DNA of 64,000 nucleotides, from positions 88,213,568-88,277,567 of the forward strand of contig NC_068984.1 of the NCBI RefSeq assembly GCF_001194135.2. The letters run 5' to 3'. Of this stretch, positions 39,690-52,980 are shown in pieces; position 1 is the first letter of the stretch; each line of letters begins with the position of its first letter. The stretch comes from Octopus bimaculoides (Eukaryota). Under the pieces are notes generated by a model. It had not been told where the DNA came from. It saw nothing but the letters and a program-made list of their open reading frames with translations, and searched no databases. A program made the translations under genes and the position numbers.

Positions 39690-40070
39690 ATGTTACGCGT
39701 AAGTGGGCTGGCTACATCCCTGGCAGAGGCCTTGGATTTTGGTCTCACTTGGCTTGCTGGGTCTTCTCATGCACAGCATATTTCCAAAGGTCTCAGTCAC
39801 AAGTCATTGCCTTGGTGAGGCCCAATGTTCGGAGGTCATGCTTCACCACCTCATCCCAGGTTTTCCTGGGCCTGCCTCTTTCACAGGTTCCCTCAACCAC
39901 TAGGGTGTGACACTTTTTCACACAGCTACCCTCATCCATTCTCGCCACATGTCCATACCAGCGCAATCGTCTCTCTTGCACACCACAACTGATGCTTCTT
40001 AGGTTCAACTTTTCTCTCAAGATACTTACACTCTGTCGGGTATGCACACTGACATTACTCATCCATCGGA
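39690..40070 (-). mobile_element. RTE-clade LINE 3' end
   Basis: RRLRWYGHVARM...GRPRKTWDEVVKHDLR is the typical RTE C-terminus. Similar fragments lie at 43000-43640 (-), 50290-50540 (+) and 8060-8200 (+). Confidence 0.8.
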
Positions 40071-40879
40071 GCATATATATATATATTATAGAATGGTTGG
40101 TTTTAGGAATGGCATCCAGTTGTAGAAACCATGCCAAATCAAACTGGAGTCTGGTGTAGACCCCAGCTTGGCAGTTCTAGTCACACTGTCCAACCCATGC
40201 GAACATGGACAATGGACATTAAATGATGATATATATATATATAATATACATACACACACACACACATACATATATACATATACATTCATAACTGGATCCC
40301 ATGTCCCATTCTATGTGTGCTTGATTCATCTTCATTTACATTTAATTTTATGTGTGTTGTGTCAGTGTACACACACACACACACATAGTGTAGTCTACCT
40401 GGCAAACTTAAGGCTTGGATATATCAGCATAGACTCCTTTCAATGATTCTTTGGCCACTTTTGGTATATGTAGCTCAAGTATTCACAGTGGAAGGCCTTG
40501 AGTGGAGAGTCAACAGTTGAGATCCACCTATCCATATCACAGACACTTTCTTCTACAGACCGACTGACATGTCAGTACTTCAAATAGCCTGAGAGAGATA
40601 ATAGCTGAGTGATTGTGTTATGATGCAGCTCATGTTTATTACATCCAAATTGCATGTATCACTTCCCTAACAATAGTCCATCAAAATGAAAATCAGGCAC
40701 TGATTTAGTTTTACAATTTAATTAATTTTTTTTTAAAAAAGAAAAAAATATTAACTTTGAAATTACATGTAAGTAATTGAATTTATTTGAATATTCTAGC
40801 CAATAAAAGCATAGACAATATAAAAAAATAAAATATCACAAAACAACAATAAATCTTTCAGCTTTCAGTCCTTTTATTT

Positions 40880-41570
40880 TTATTTTACTGTTTTCTTTTT
40901 CTCACTGACTTGGAAATTTACTTTAGACTTTGAAGCTGAAAGAGGAATTGCATCCATGGAATGTGATAGATATTTTTGGTAAACAATTTCTTCATATTCA
41001 CGGTTTTTCTTTTGTTTCAAACAAAATCTATATTCCTCACTAAGACTTTTTTGAACCGCAAACTGCAATTTTTGGGAGACTTTTTTGCAGTGTTTTTCTA
41101 CACCTTTTTGTTTGGTATTTGCAATGTTATGATCCTTTTTTGGTTTCTCCTTCTTTGTAAAACGTTCCAGGAAAGATAACTCTGCCTTTTCAGCATTTTT
41201 CTTCCAGTTCATAAGACAATGCTCTTTTTTCAGAGCTTGTATTAATTCATTATGCTTACCACCACTTTTGACTAGTTTTGTATCAGTGTCTCCATGATGG
41301 CAATCAGTTTTCTCCCTACTGTTATTGCATTTCATTTTCACATCTTTACTGTCATTTACATTTATTACTGTGATCTTTTGCTTTTTGCTTTTGCCTTGTA
41401 GCATCATTTACATTTGTCTTATTCAGTTTATTTATAGAATTTGAGGTAGTTATTTTGTATAAACCTTCTTTCAATTCACAATCAAGATAATCAAGCATCA
41501 ATAAGTGAGTGATATCAAGTAATACAAAGTTTCTTGACACATTGTCTGTGTCTGCATTCACATTTTAGTA
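40880..41570 (-). pseudogene. Frameshifted Lys-rich exon-like fragment; inverted duplicate of the 24261-24340 exon end
   Basis: Overlapping ORFs 41352-41561 and 40880-41407 are in different frames. 40891-40967 is nearly identical to 24261-24337 apart from a 1-nt insertion, and it abuts a LINE fragment (RLGFLVRARK) at 41590-41730. Confidence 0.5.
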
Positions 41571-42324
41571 AACAGTACATAAATGTGTTCTACATTCACT
41601 ATTACACTATCCTTCCAAGGTAGGCCATATTTTAGCTTTGTAAATGGCCTAGCAACTGGTCAAGGCTGAGTGATTTCCTGGCTCTAACAAGAAATCCTAG
41701 TCTTTGTGAAATAGTTTTGATAATCTTATATAGTATATGTGAAGGCACATGACTCAGTGGTTAAAGTGTTGGGCTCACAATCATGAGGTAGTGAGTTTGC
41801 TGTGTTCTTCAGCAAGACAGTTTATTTCACATTGCCCCAGTTCACTCAGCTGTAGAAATGAGTCGTGATGTTACTGGTGCCAAGCTGTATCGACCTTTGC
41901 ATTTCCTTTGGATAACACCAGTGGCATGGAGAGGGGAGGCTGGTATGCATGGATGACTGCTGGTCTTCCCATAACTTTGCCTGGACTTGTGCCTTAGAGG
42001 GTAACTTTCTAGGTGCAATCCCATGGTCATTCATGACCAAAGAGGTTCTTTCCCATTTACCCTTTTTTATATATGTATGTGACCACCATAAGAGGTCACC
42101 AGAAATTGTGAGGCCTGATATTTGTTCTGAATTTAAAGTTTTTAACTAAGTGTTGTTCACAGCTAGAAAGAGAGGGACTTCAGACTATTTTCAAGACATG
42201 TTTAGTAAATGAGTATGTATGCTGTTCAAAGGACTTGGCTGCCATATCCCCATTAAAGAATACTCAAACCATCTTTATTATTTATGTAGCAGTATATATG
42301 TTTAGGTTGCAAGTAGAAAGTTAT

Positions 42325-42372
<48 letters not shown>

Positions 42373-44155
42373 TCATCATCAGCATCAAAACGTGCCTTGG
42401 AGGTGACAGGCAATGGGCCATTGATATTCAGAAAGAATTAGGAAGATATTACCAAACCTTGCAGTACATCATATTTATAGAGTGTGGGTTGGAAAGAGTC
42501 TAGCAGGATACACTCAGTGGTTCAATATGACAGGAAGTTTACACTCCAAATAGGGAAGAGACAAGCAAAAATCTTAGCTGGGACACACCTTAGAGTTTTC
42601 TCAAAGATTGGAACCACTTCAGCTGAGGGAGATCAAAAAGTACAGTAAGGGTAAGAACTAGCTTTGGTGTACACTCATGTTCGCTTATTTCTTGTAAGTT
42701 ACTGGTAATACAAACTGTGATAAGGTTTTGATTAATCTTTTTCACTTATTTTAAAATTTATATTGCAGTTAGTGAACAGTGCTACAAGTCTCCAATGTGC
42801 TAAACACTGGCTCACTGCATTTTTAATGGTGAAGATGAACAGGGAGTGTGAATAACTCAATGCCAACAACATCACTTTACCNNNNNNNNNNNNNNNNNNN
42901 NNNNNNNNNNNNGGGGGGGGGGCAATGCTTATATCTTTCATCAATATACATACACATACATACATACAAAGAAACATACTTATATGATGACCATCATCAT
43001 AATTTTTACATCAACTTTTCCACACTTTCAGTGTCTCAACATTTGTTAGATTCTTTTATCATCTCCTTTGTGGGGTTGAACATCTTGAAATCAGCTTTAA
43101 CCACTGTTGTTCATGTCTTTGTTGGTCTTCTTCTTTTACAGTTTCCTTCCACTTCAATATTCTGGCACATCACTCATCTGTTACATTACCTGTCCATACC
43201 AATGCAGTCTTATATCTTGCATATCTAGTTTATCTCACAGCTGATCTGTACCATAACATTCCACATTCAGTGAAACATGCTTTCTTCATTTCTCTCCAAC
43301 CTTTGCTTGTTTTGTGTTCAGTGCTCACATCTCACTAACTTGCTGTACATTTGCTACATACAAAGTCTTTATTTACCTTCAACCTGTCAGTGATCCTTGT
43401 ACAGTACACCTCTTGTACACTAAAAATTCATATAGCGTACAGTGTAAGAACTTCTTATCTATCTCTTTTCTGCATATCAAGCATGGCCACTTCTCTGATG
43501 GTAGCAGAATTACATCTTCTTTCCTACTAACTAAAACTTTGAACTTCAAGTTTACCCTGAGGCCTTTTGATTCTATGTTTAACTACCATTATTTAATAAT
43601 TACTTCTCTAAATCTCTCACAGATTCTGCTGTAAGGATTAGGTCTTCAGCATATAGAAGCTCCTATAGATAGCCAGACTTAAACTTTGTTATTAGAGAAC
43701 TATAATAAATAGCAAAAGGTTGATAATCATGCCTTAGAAACATTTACTTGCACACTAAATTACTGAGTTCATTGATAACTCACACTTTGCTGATAGCATC
43801 CATATAGAACGTTTGCACATTCTTAAAGAATTCCAGACTATAAATTGTGGTCCCTTGTCAATGCCCTTCTCCAGATCAACAAATGCTAAGTTGGGAGGTT
43901 TATTTTTGGCTAAGAAAAAACACACACACATAGATACGTGTGTGCACGCGCTCGTGTGTATGTGTGCGAAAAATTTCTGTGCAGTTTATGACTACCAAAT
44001 TCCACTTACAGAATATTGATCAGCCCGGAAATAGGGTATGAAATGCTGCACAGTGACACTGAAACTCAGAACCATATGGTTTACTAAGTAAACTTCATGT
44101 ACCACTTCGCAAACTCATTACATCCCTCTATACTAAGACCCTAGAGCCTTTGTAC

Positions 44156-44355
44156 CTCCTTGAGAGAAAACAAACTCTTTGATATTATCAACTACAAATA
44201 GAATACATTTCTGCTTCTTTAGTAAATTCCAATATTTTGAACAATTTTGTCTTCGTTCATTATCAAGAGCCATGTGTATGTGCTCAGATTGTATTAAAGA
44301 ACAGTTACATTTTGCAACAATAAAGTAGTACAAATTTCTTTTATTTAAGACCATC
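44156..44355 (-). CDS. Putative first coding exon of a minus-strand gene (MVLNKRNLYYF...KEFVFSQG)
   Basis: Acceptor ATTCCTAG|G immediately before ATG (44354), 66 open codons in AT-rich DNA, and donor GAG|GTACAA. An upstream non-coding donor GCC|GTAAG lies near 45138. Confidence 0.25.
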
Positions 44356-45139
44356 CTAGGAATATATATTGAGTAACAAGATACCTTACTATGACACACA
44401 AAAACTTTTCCATGATCGCTGGATCTGGAGAAAAAAAAAGGGAGCTAAATCTAAATCACCGTGGGATCACACCCTACTAAAGGCGCATGCTGGATTATCC
44501 TAGATAACTTTTAAACAGATTTGATGGCCACGGATGTAATGTCTTTGTCGTAGATTTACTTGATCAGAGATGAGCTGGAACTAAAATACAACAGCAATTA
44601 ATTTATTCACTCCGGAGGAATGACAGGCAAAGATGACTTAGTCGTGTTTGAACGGAAAACGTAGACAGGCCTAATTAAATGTTGCCGGCCATTTGTGTTA
44701 TCACCAGCCTTGATCGAGCAGATACAGAGACAAATGCCATCTGTCATCCAGCTTCTGTCCTTTTTGATTCTCGGGGATAAAGACTGTCCGATAAGTCCTG
44801 ATTAATTCAATACGCTAGAATATAATTTGAAGGATATTAGACTGTTGTTTCTAGCAGGTGAAATGACACGAAGAGGGCCGTATAGAAAGATTTCCGCCAC
44901 CTCCCCATTTTCTCCGAATTTTTTTTTCTTGCCAAGTTGTTTTGGTCCGGTACTGCAGAGCATTTTCTTTTATTCCATAACAATAGTTTCTGTTAATTAA
45001 CAAAGTACAAAAATCTGAGAATTTATAGAGGTAAATGAGAGATGGCGTTTGCGCCTTTCCGAGGACGAGCAGCATGAATAGAATCAATGAGCAGTCAAAC
45101 CACGCAACAATCTCGGTTTGCTTGGAGCTCATCTTACGG

Positions 45140-46093
45140 CCTCTACCAAAGTGTCGTAGAAATAAAAATGTCTATAACAATTATTCATGAAGCAGAATAT
45201 AAACTGAAAGATCTCGAACAAAATGCTTCTTGTTAAATTATCATTAACTTTATGTTATATATGAAACGAAATTTTTAAAAATACGATTTATTTTAATAAA
45301 CTAATAAAATTTAAGCTTTCTCGTCAAAACCTGTATTTTGATGTTCAAACAAGTTCATAGGTTGCTGTGTTATTTTTAATTTATTTCTTTTAAAGAAAAC
45401 ATTTTGTAGTTAATGCTCTGAGAATATATTGCAAGTTATAGTTTACATCATACAGCCAACCTTTTGAAGATCGCCGAAGATCCTTTCAGGTTCTTTGAAA
45501 ATGTTCGTGATACTGTATTTAATTCAATGCATACACATGTGCGTGTGGTTGCATACTTCATACTTATCGGAGACGTGTATATCTTGGATATTCTAAATAA
45601 AATAGGTTTCAATTCACATGGGTCAAATTTAGAATTAGAAACTGGGGGAGGAAGGGGGAAGAAACGTTTTGAAAGGAAAATGTATCGGAGATAAATATAT
45701 TTTCGAATAAAAATTATTTGTAGGTTATTAATGAAACAAATACTCCCACTTTTATACAGATGTGTAATTTAGTAATCAGCGACGATTTTAACAAATTATA
45801 GCCACAATTTGATTAGTAAGTATTTTGGAAAGTAATATCTAGAGGGGAAAAAAATCTGTTTTAATAATTTGCAAAATTAATTTTAATAATTCTAATACGT
45901 AACTTCCGCCTTAAAATGCCACTACACACGAACCAGGTAATGTCACAAGAAACCGTCTGAAAAAGGGGAAGAAAAGTGAAATTAAAAAGAAATAAATAAA
46001 TCTACAATATCTCCCATAATTCATCTTATTGCACTGGAGGGTTGTTTGCTTGTTCATGTCTCAGCTCCATAGTTTGGAGCGAGGTGTTATAAT
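45140..46093. promoter_or_regulatory. Putative divergent (bidirectional) promoter region
   Basis: CpG-containing, SINE-poor unique DNA between a minus-strand donor (~45138) and the plus-strand ATG at 46094. An ETS-like ACTTCCG and a YY1-like AAAATGCC lie at 45902-45920. Confidence 0.35.
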
Positions 46094-46109
46094 ATGCCCA
46101 AGATGAAAG
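46094..46109 (+). CDS. Exon 1 (coding part, MPKMK-G) of the mariner-derived chimeric gene
   Basis: ATG CCC AAG ATG AAA G|GTAACG, a phase-1 donor. Confidence 0.55.
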
Positions 46110-47410
46110 GTAACGTACAGTTAGCATGTAACAGTTGCCTGTAAGAATGTAACATGTTCGGTGATTTTGGCTGCTACATTTGCCTTCTGCTTGCCGTGCA
46201 TTTCCTCGTGGACTTATGTGTTGTATGTTTGCTTTGTACTACAAAATCTTCCCGTCGAAAAAATAGAACAGGCAGCCTGCATAGGCAGCCTGTGAATTCA
46301 TTCTCTCTCTTTAATAATAATACTTTTGCAATACACGACTTTAAAAAGGGTACTTTATTGTTTTAGTTAGTTTTAATTATAAGTTCATACATATGTTTAA
46401 TGTTCTAATAATTAAAATAACTGTTCTTGTCTATGCTTTTTTTTTCTTTCCTTTTTTTTCTGGAATGGCCTAATTGCTAGTCTGGGAACGTACTCTTGCT
46501 AATGTTCTGTAAAATAATTAACAACCATGCTTTTTATCGAACTAACAATTCCAATAATCATATATCTTATACTTGAAGAAATCAGAAGTAATTATTGTAA
46601 TTTCTTCTGTTATTATATTCTATAACCAAACATATTTTCAATAACTTAAGCTCTTTGCTCCGTGAAAATGTTCAATATACCGTTGTGTAGCCATACATCA
46701 TTCCTTTGCGCATCTTGCGAAAATACAGTATTTTTCTAACGAAATATTCAAAATTGGTCTTTTGTTTCTTGATTAAACTGTCTTTTCTTATTATTTTTAA
46801 CTGTAGGCTTATTTTGCATTCTAAAACTCATTTTTATAAGTGGACAACTTTATATTTTGCTAAGAAATCTGACGTAATTGATTCTTGTAAACTACCAAAT
46901 AATCGGTAAAAATATTTCACTGCTTGTACATGCCTTTTCTCAATGATATTTGTCATGCTTATTATTGGATTAATATTATCGTTAATCGGGAAATTTAATT
47001 AAGCTTATTTTTTGATTAGCAATAAAATGAATATCTTAATTTTGATTCCTAATTCTATACCAACACCTATGGTTTTTCTATATTCCTCGATTTTCCAATC
47101 TAACCCGATGAATTACTTGGTATTACTCTTTGCCGACTTGATTCACTATTAATTTCTTCGGATTGTTTTACAAAATTATTTGCCAGTCAAAACATTTTTT
47201 GTGATGTAAGTTTAGATAAACGCCTTATTCGTTATGGGAACACCTGTTCCCTATCTTAAGTGTAGATTTTAATCATTTAAATGTTTGTCTTGGCACAAGC
47301 TGCTTGATAACCGCTATGTGTTTTTTGACTGCTATGGGTTGCTGTAGGTAAGTATTTATAACCGATTGGAATTTCATTGAATACTTCGTATTTATACCTT
47401 TTATTTAAAG

Positions 47411-47460
47411 GTAAATACACTCAGAGGAGTGCAAGAAAAAGAGAATTTGAGTCCAGCTAT
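47411..47460 (+). CDS. Exon 2 (GKYTQRSARKREFESSY) of the mariner-derived chimeric gene
   Basis: Acceptor CCTTTTATTTAAAG| and donor TAT|GTAAGC. 50 nt, phase 1->0, open frame. Confidence 0.6.
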
Positions 47461-48101
47461 GTAAGCTAACGAAACGTTTCGCCAGTCACGGAGTGCTTAA
47501 CGCCTGTTGTTTACAGTGGTGGGTTTTTTTTCACCTCCCTTGTTAGGTAGGCTGACCAATTAAGCACTCGCTGGTTTGCCTGTAGCAAGACTAGAAACAC
47601 AAAAAGGTCGTGTAATCCACCGGAATAGTTATCTGCAGCTTGTGAGATCATTAAACCAACGTTGTAATACGACTGACCTCAGCTAACGAGTCGACAATAA
47701 TGCTAAAATTTCAATTTAGAAGTAAATAAAAAATTAAAGTATCTATGATGCGAAACACCAAAGTTAAGCAAACTTGAATTTATAGATATTATAAGCTTAA
47801 AAATTATATTTCTTTTTGAAATATTTTAAATTATTTCTTTAAATAATTTTTTAAAATTATTCCATTATTTTAGTAAAGCAAAGAAAACAATATCTTGTCG
47901 AGGTTTCTATTCAATTTATTTTCCAATAGGAGCTCAGTCTTAGCCATTAAATTTTAGTGTATAACAATTCAGCACTGATAGGTTTATGAGATTAACAACA
48001 AAAAAAACATTAGCTTTGGTTTCAACCAATTAGTTCTGGTGAGTTGCTAATCAAATCCCCTCCTTATTTGTATTCAAGTTTAAATGTTAGTAGGTATCGT
48101 C

Positions 48102-48199
48102 GGCAAAGGTAAAGAATACGCACACCACCCGTTTTTGGCGTAACCCTAAACTCTAGCCGTAATCCCAAACCCCGGGTGTGCGTATTCTTTACCTTCGCT
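48102..48199. mobile_element. Second Merlin-like MITE with telomere-like core
   Basis: 25-bp TIR GGCAAAGGTAAAGAATACGCACACC (inner 19 bp perfect). 9-bp direct repeat GGTATCGTC at 48093-48101 and 48200-48208. Interior TAACCCTAAACTCTAGCCGTAATCCCAAACCC. Confidence 0.7.
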
Positions 48200-49426
48200 G
48201 GTATCGTCATTGTTTCCTTTCACCAAATTAAATTATATAAAATATATTTGTAAAATGAGCACACATAACAGCAGAGTACAGACAGATATATCAAATAGCA
48301 TACAAAAAACATTCTTGATTTCTTTTGAATTATCTTCACCTCTCGAGGATGTGTTTTGGCCCCTACCTTTATACGGTAACCTTTTTTTATCACCTAACAT
48401 AAAGCTATCTCTCTCTCTACTGTATCCCATTCAGTCAAAGGGGTTCATAGTCTTGCAGATCTCACAAATTTTGGTTCCAGTAAAAGGACATAGTGCAATA
48501 GAAAATATACCAAAGCAAAGACTGAAGTACAGTGCAGTCCTTTCATCCAGTGTATTCTGTCAAACCATCCAATACATGCCAGTATAGAAGATAGATGTTA
48601 TATGATGATGTTTTATATATCATCATCCTCGTTTTATATTCATTTTCCATACTGACATGAGTTGGATGATTTGATTGGAGCTGATAAGAGCAAGGGTCAT
48701 ACCAGGCTCCATTGTCTGTTCTGGCATGGTTTCTACAGCTGGATGCCCTTCCTAACACTAACCACTCCACAGAGCATATTGGGTGCTTTTTATGTGGCAT
48801 CAACACCAATATCAATTGTTGTGTTGGACAGGTCTTCTTGAGTACAGCAATGTGCCACATATCTCAGTCCTTTGTCAGGCTCAGTGTCTTGAGATCAGCC
48901 TTCAGTACTTTATTCCGGGTCTCCCTCCTCCACAAGTTCAATCCACTTAGACACACCATGTGGTTTTGTATTCACTTCAGTTGCATGGCATCGTGGGCAA
49001 GAGTCTTCTCTTATAACCTCAAGCCAATCTAAACCTTGTGAGTAGATTTGTAGTTCATCCTTTGTGTGCATGTGTACCTTTTGTCTTGACATTACATAGT
49101 TGTTGTAAATTAGCATCATCTTCATAAAAGCAATCTTATTTTGTTTCCAGTCTTCTGTGAATTTTTTGTTTTTTTTTTGGCCATGAGAAGTATTATCTTG
49201 TTTGAAAACAGGTCAGAGTTGGTGGCAGGAACAGCATCTGGTGGTAAAAAAGATGTCTCTTCAAATTCTGTCTGACCCATACAAGCATGGAAAAGTGGAC
49301 ATTAAATTATTAAATGAAAATAATATATGTATTTTAAATAATTGATAGGAAAGACAGTGTACTATTATCTTTATTTAGCACAATGATCATTTTGGCTTAT
49401 ATCTTTTTATCTGCTCTGCTCCCTAG

Positions 49427-49487
49427 TGGGTAGGGAATGATATTATGGAACTGAATGCACCCCACATTGCAGAAGAAACCTCATCAG
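49427..49487 (+). CDS. Exon 3 (WVGNDIMELNAPHIAEETSS-) of the mariner-derived chimeric gene
   Basis: Acceptor TCTTTTTATCTGCTCTGCTCCCTAG| and a weaker donor CAG|GTTACA. 61 nt, phase 0->1, bridging exon 2 and the transposase exon. Confidence 0.45.
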
Positions 49488-51372
49488 GTTACATAATACG
49501 TTACAGTGTTATAATATGTACATTTCGCTATCATCATTTTATATCTGCTTTCCATGTTGGCATTCGTTGGGCAGTTCTTCACAGTCACGTTCAGTTGTAT
49601 TCAGCATACTTCCATCTGAGATTGGTCAGGCAACCACATATCACTCATGCATTTCATTTTTGGCTTTGTTTCTGTGGGCGAACACCTTTTCCAACACCAA
49701 CCACTTTACACTCAGAGAACTGTGGTCAATCCAGGACTATAGCAGAAGACACTTGCTCAAGGCATCACACACTGGAAACTGAACTTGAAACCATGTGGTT
49801 GGGAAGACCTATATACATATGCATATATATATATATATATATATAGTTTTAGGGAAAATAACCAATTTTCAAGAACTCATCGATGAAAATCCACTATCAC
49901 ATATAGAAAAATTAATAATTAAAAGCACAATAAATGAGTATAATATAAAGTAAAGTAAATATCATAAGATAAATATAATAAAAAGATTACACGTGTTTCA
50001 TAGCCAATTATAAAAATATATATATATATATATTTCCCAAAATGGAGATGAACACCATTCCTCTATGTGATTGGCTTGAAAAATTAAGATATTTTTCTAT
50101 CTTTCTTAATATAAAACCAATGGTAACCAATACACAAATAAAGAATTTCTGTCCACACTCATTTTCATCATTCGACATTTACATATATATGCCTGTGTGC
50201 AAACAGCTATGCTACATGGCAGTGAAAATGGGCTGTGACAGCCGAGGACATGCATAGGCTTGAAAGAAATGAAGCCAGTATGCTTCACTGGATGTGCATG
50301 TTTGACAGTGTAAGCATCTTGAGAGAAAAGTTAGGCATAAGAGACATCAGATATGGTGTGCAAGAGAGACAAATGCACTGGTATGGCATGTAATGCATAT
50401 GGACAAGGACGTCTGATTCCTAACTATGGAGGGAACCTGTGGTAGAGGTAGACCCAAGATGATGTAGTGAAGCATGATCTCTGAACTTTGGGTTGCACAG
50501 AAGTAATGACTAGTGACTGACACTTTTAGTGATATGTTCTGCTTGAGAAGACCCATCAAGTCAAGTGAAATCACAGTTGTGGCTAATACTAGTATCACGT
50601 AAGTGGCACCCATGCAGGTGGCACATAAAAAGCACCTTTTGAGCGTTGAGCCTCATGGAGGCAAAGTGGTTGAGCTCTTTCAAATGTCGGGCCTCACAGA
50701 GACAATGACTGAGACCTTTGGCATTATGTTGTGCTTGAGAAGAAGGACCATCAAGCCAAGTAAAATTGTAGTCATGGCAGATACTAGTGGCACGTAAAAG
50801 CACCTTTTGAGTATTGGGCCTCATGGAGGCAATGACCAAGTCCATTTGGCATTATGCTGGGTTTGAGAAGACCCATCAAGCCAAGTAAAACTGCAGTCAT
50901 GGCAGATACAGTGTCACACAAATGGCACATAAAAGCACCCATTACACTCTTGGAGTGGTTGGCGTTAGGAAGGGCAAACTGTTTTCCCTGTTATACAAAA
51001 AAAAAACCCTTTTAGCTGCAAAACTAAAAAATAACTATACCTTCTTTTATACAAAAAAAACTTGAAGCATGTGACTCCTTTTTCTCAATCATCTTTATTA
51101 CGTTTGTTATACATGTTTATGTAAATTATATATGCCAAACTCACCTTTAAAATACCAATATAATTTCAGCTAAGATGTGATATAAGAACACTTATTCTGT
51201 GAAAAAAAGTATTGTTATATTTTTATTTGTCATACATAGCATTAAATGATTTTTCACTTGTGTTAAGAAGTTAAACTGGTTTTAATTACACAGCATAAAA
51301 CTAATACACCAGCTTGTTGTTCCCACACCCGTCTTTTTTTGTTTTCTGTACATTTGAACTTATATATATTAT

Positions 51373-51599
51373 TTAAACCTTTTGTTACCATATTTCTGTT
51401 GAGATGCTCTGTGTTTCTTTCAATTAATTTTAAATATAACAAAGAATTTAGTAAAATAACTTAATCATTAAGATAGTTTTAGGAATATAAATTGTGACTA
51501 AGGTTTGATGGAAGATTTTAATTCAGAACTTTTGAAAACAAGACATTTGTGCTACAGAACCAGAAGCGGTTTCAGGTGGGTTGGTATCAAAAGAGTTAA
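51373..51599. mobile_element. piggyBac-like MITE
   Basis: TTAA-ACCTTTTG...CAAAAGAG-TTAA termini. A related fragment lies at about 905-990. Confidence 0.55.
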
Positions 51600-51749
51600 T
51601 AAATACAATATTTGTTTTATATGCTACTATTAGTTCCATGTGATGAGAGCATGTCATGTAGATTGTTAAACCCAGCAGGGACTGAAATTGGGCTTGTAGT
51701 TAAAAAAAAAATACTAAGAAACATTAATAATAAAATTAAAGAGACCAAG

Positions 51750-52980
51750 TTTTACTGTAATAATTTGGTTCAAGAACATTAAGAATAGGCATACTCAGTT
51801 TGACATAGATTTTTATCCCTCCATACCAAGATCGCTACTTGATAAAGCCATCAAGTTTGCTAAATCATGTGTTGATATAGACCCTGTAGACCTAAGCTTT
51901 ATCATCATATGAGGAAAACACTACTGTTTAGTAAGAGCTCAGCATGGATAAAAATGTTGGATAATGATGAATTGTTTGATGTATCAATGGAATCATGTGA
52001 TAGTGCTGATGTCTGTGATCTTGTGGGTCTCTGTATTAAACACATTGAGATCTAATGATGTTGGTCTATACCGAGATGACAGATTGGGTATTTCCCATGG
52101 CTGTAATGATCACACCCTAGATAAATTTAGGAGGCAACTTACTTCAACTTTCAGTCAATTAGGCCTTAAAATCACAGTTGCTACTAATCAGTCTAAAGTT
52201 GATTTTTTAGATGTTTCCTTAGACCTGAACTCCTCTTATAAACCTTATCATATGCCCAATGAGAAACTTTCCTATATACATAAAGTCTTGTCACCCTCTA
52301 GAATTTAAAAATCTAATTGCTAACATTAGTAACAGAATTTCTAACCTTTATTCCTCTAAAGAAATTTTCAAGAAGGCAGCCACCTACTACAGCAGTGCCC
52401 TAACAGTGGCTTTAAGGATGAATTAATATATAACCCCTCTAATATTAATAGGAATAAAAATAATAATGACCCAGGAAAATACCCCCCCCCCCTCCATTAA
52501 TGTAAAAACTAACATAGGTAAAAGATTCTTGTCTCTCCTAGACAAAACATTTTCCAGAAAATCACAGGTATGGGAAAATATTTAACAGGCATACAGTGAA
52601 ATTATATAGCTGCTGCCCCAATATGAAAAGCATCATTACATGAGAACAACATCAAGAGCCCTCTCCCAGTTGTAACTGTCGAGACCCAGGAACCTGTCCA
52701 CTCAACCAGGGATATATGATTAAATCTCATATATGAGGCAGAAGTTACAGCAATGCAATATGATAACACAACCTTTAAGAAGAGCTTTATCAGACTGTGA
52801 AGGCAAATTCAAGAATCACTATTCTAATCACATATCTTCCTTCTGACACAAGTACAAAAAAAAAGTAAAGCTAGGAACATATGGGGTTTGAAGTTGAAAA
52901 ATCCACAACATATGTTAACGGATCAAAAAATGTAAGCTATGCATAGCTGAAAGAACTAGGATCTAAAAACACTAACACTG
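51750..52980 (+). mobile_element. Degenerate Penelope-like element (RT and GIY-YIG remnants)
   Basis: FDI..FYPSI, LFDVSM...D.ADVCDLVGL, VGLYRDD.LG and KVDFLDV.LDL...YKPY..PN motifs, followed by a CNCRDPGTCPL region. Confidence 0.8.

Noticed and set aside
46094-46111. ATGCCCAAGATGAAAG|GT resembles the first exon of eIF1A (MPKNKG)
   Set aside because: No KGGKNRRRGK exon follows in the window, and the next exon encodes unrelated sequence. No gene symbol was assigned.
47297-47347. Extra strong donor TAG|GTAAGT 63 nt before exon 2
   Set aside because: No frame joins it productively to exon 2. At most it is an alternative UTR or poison exon.
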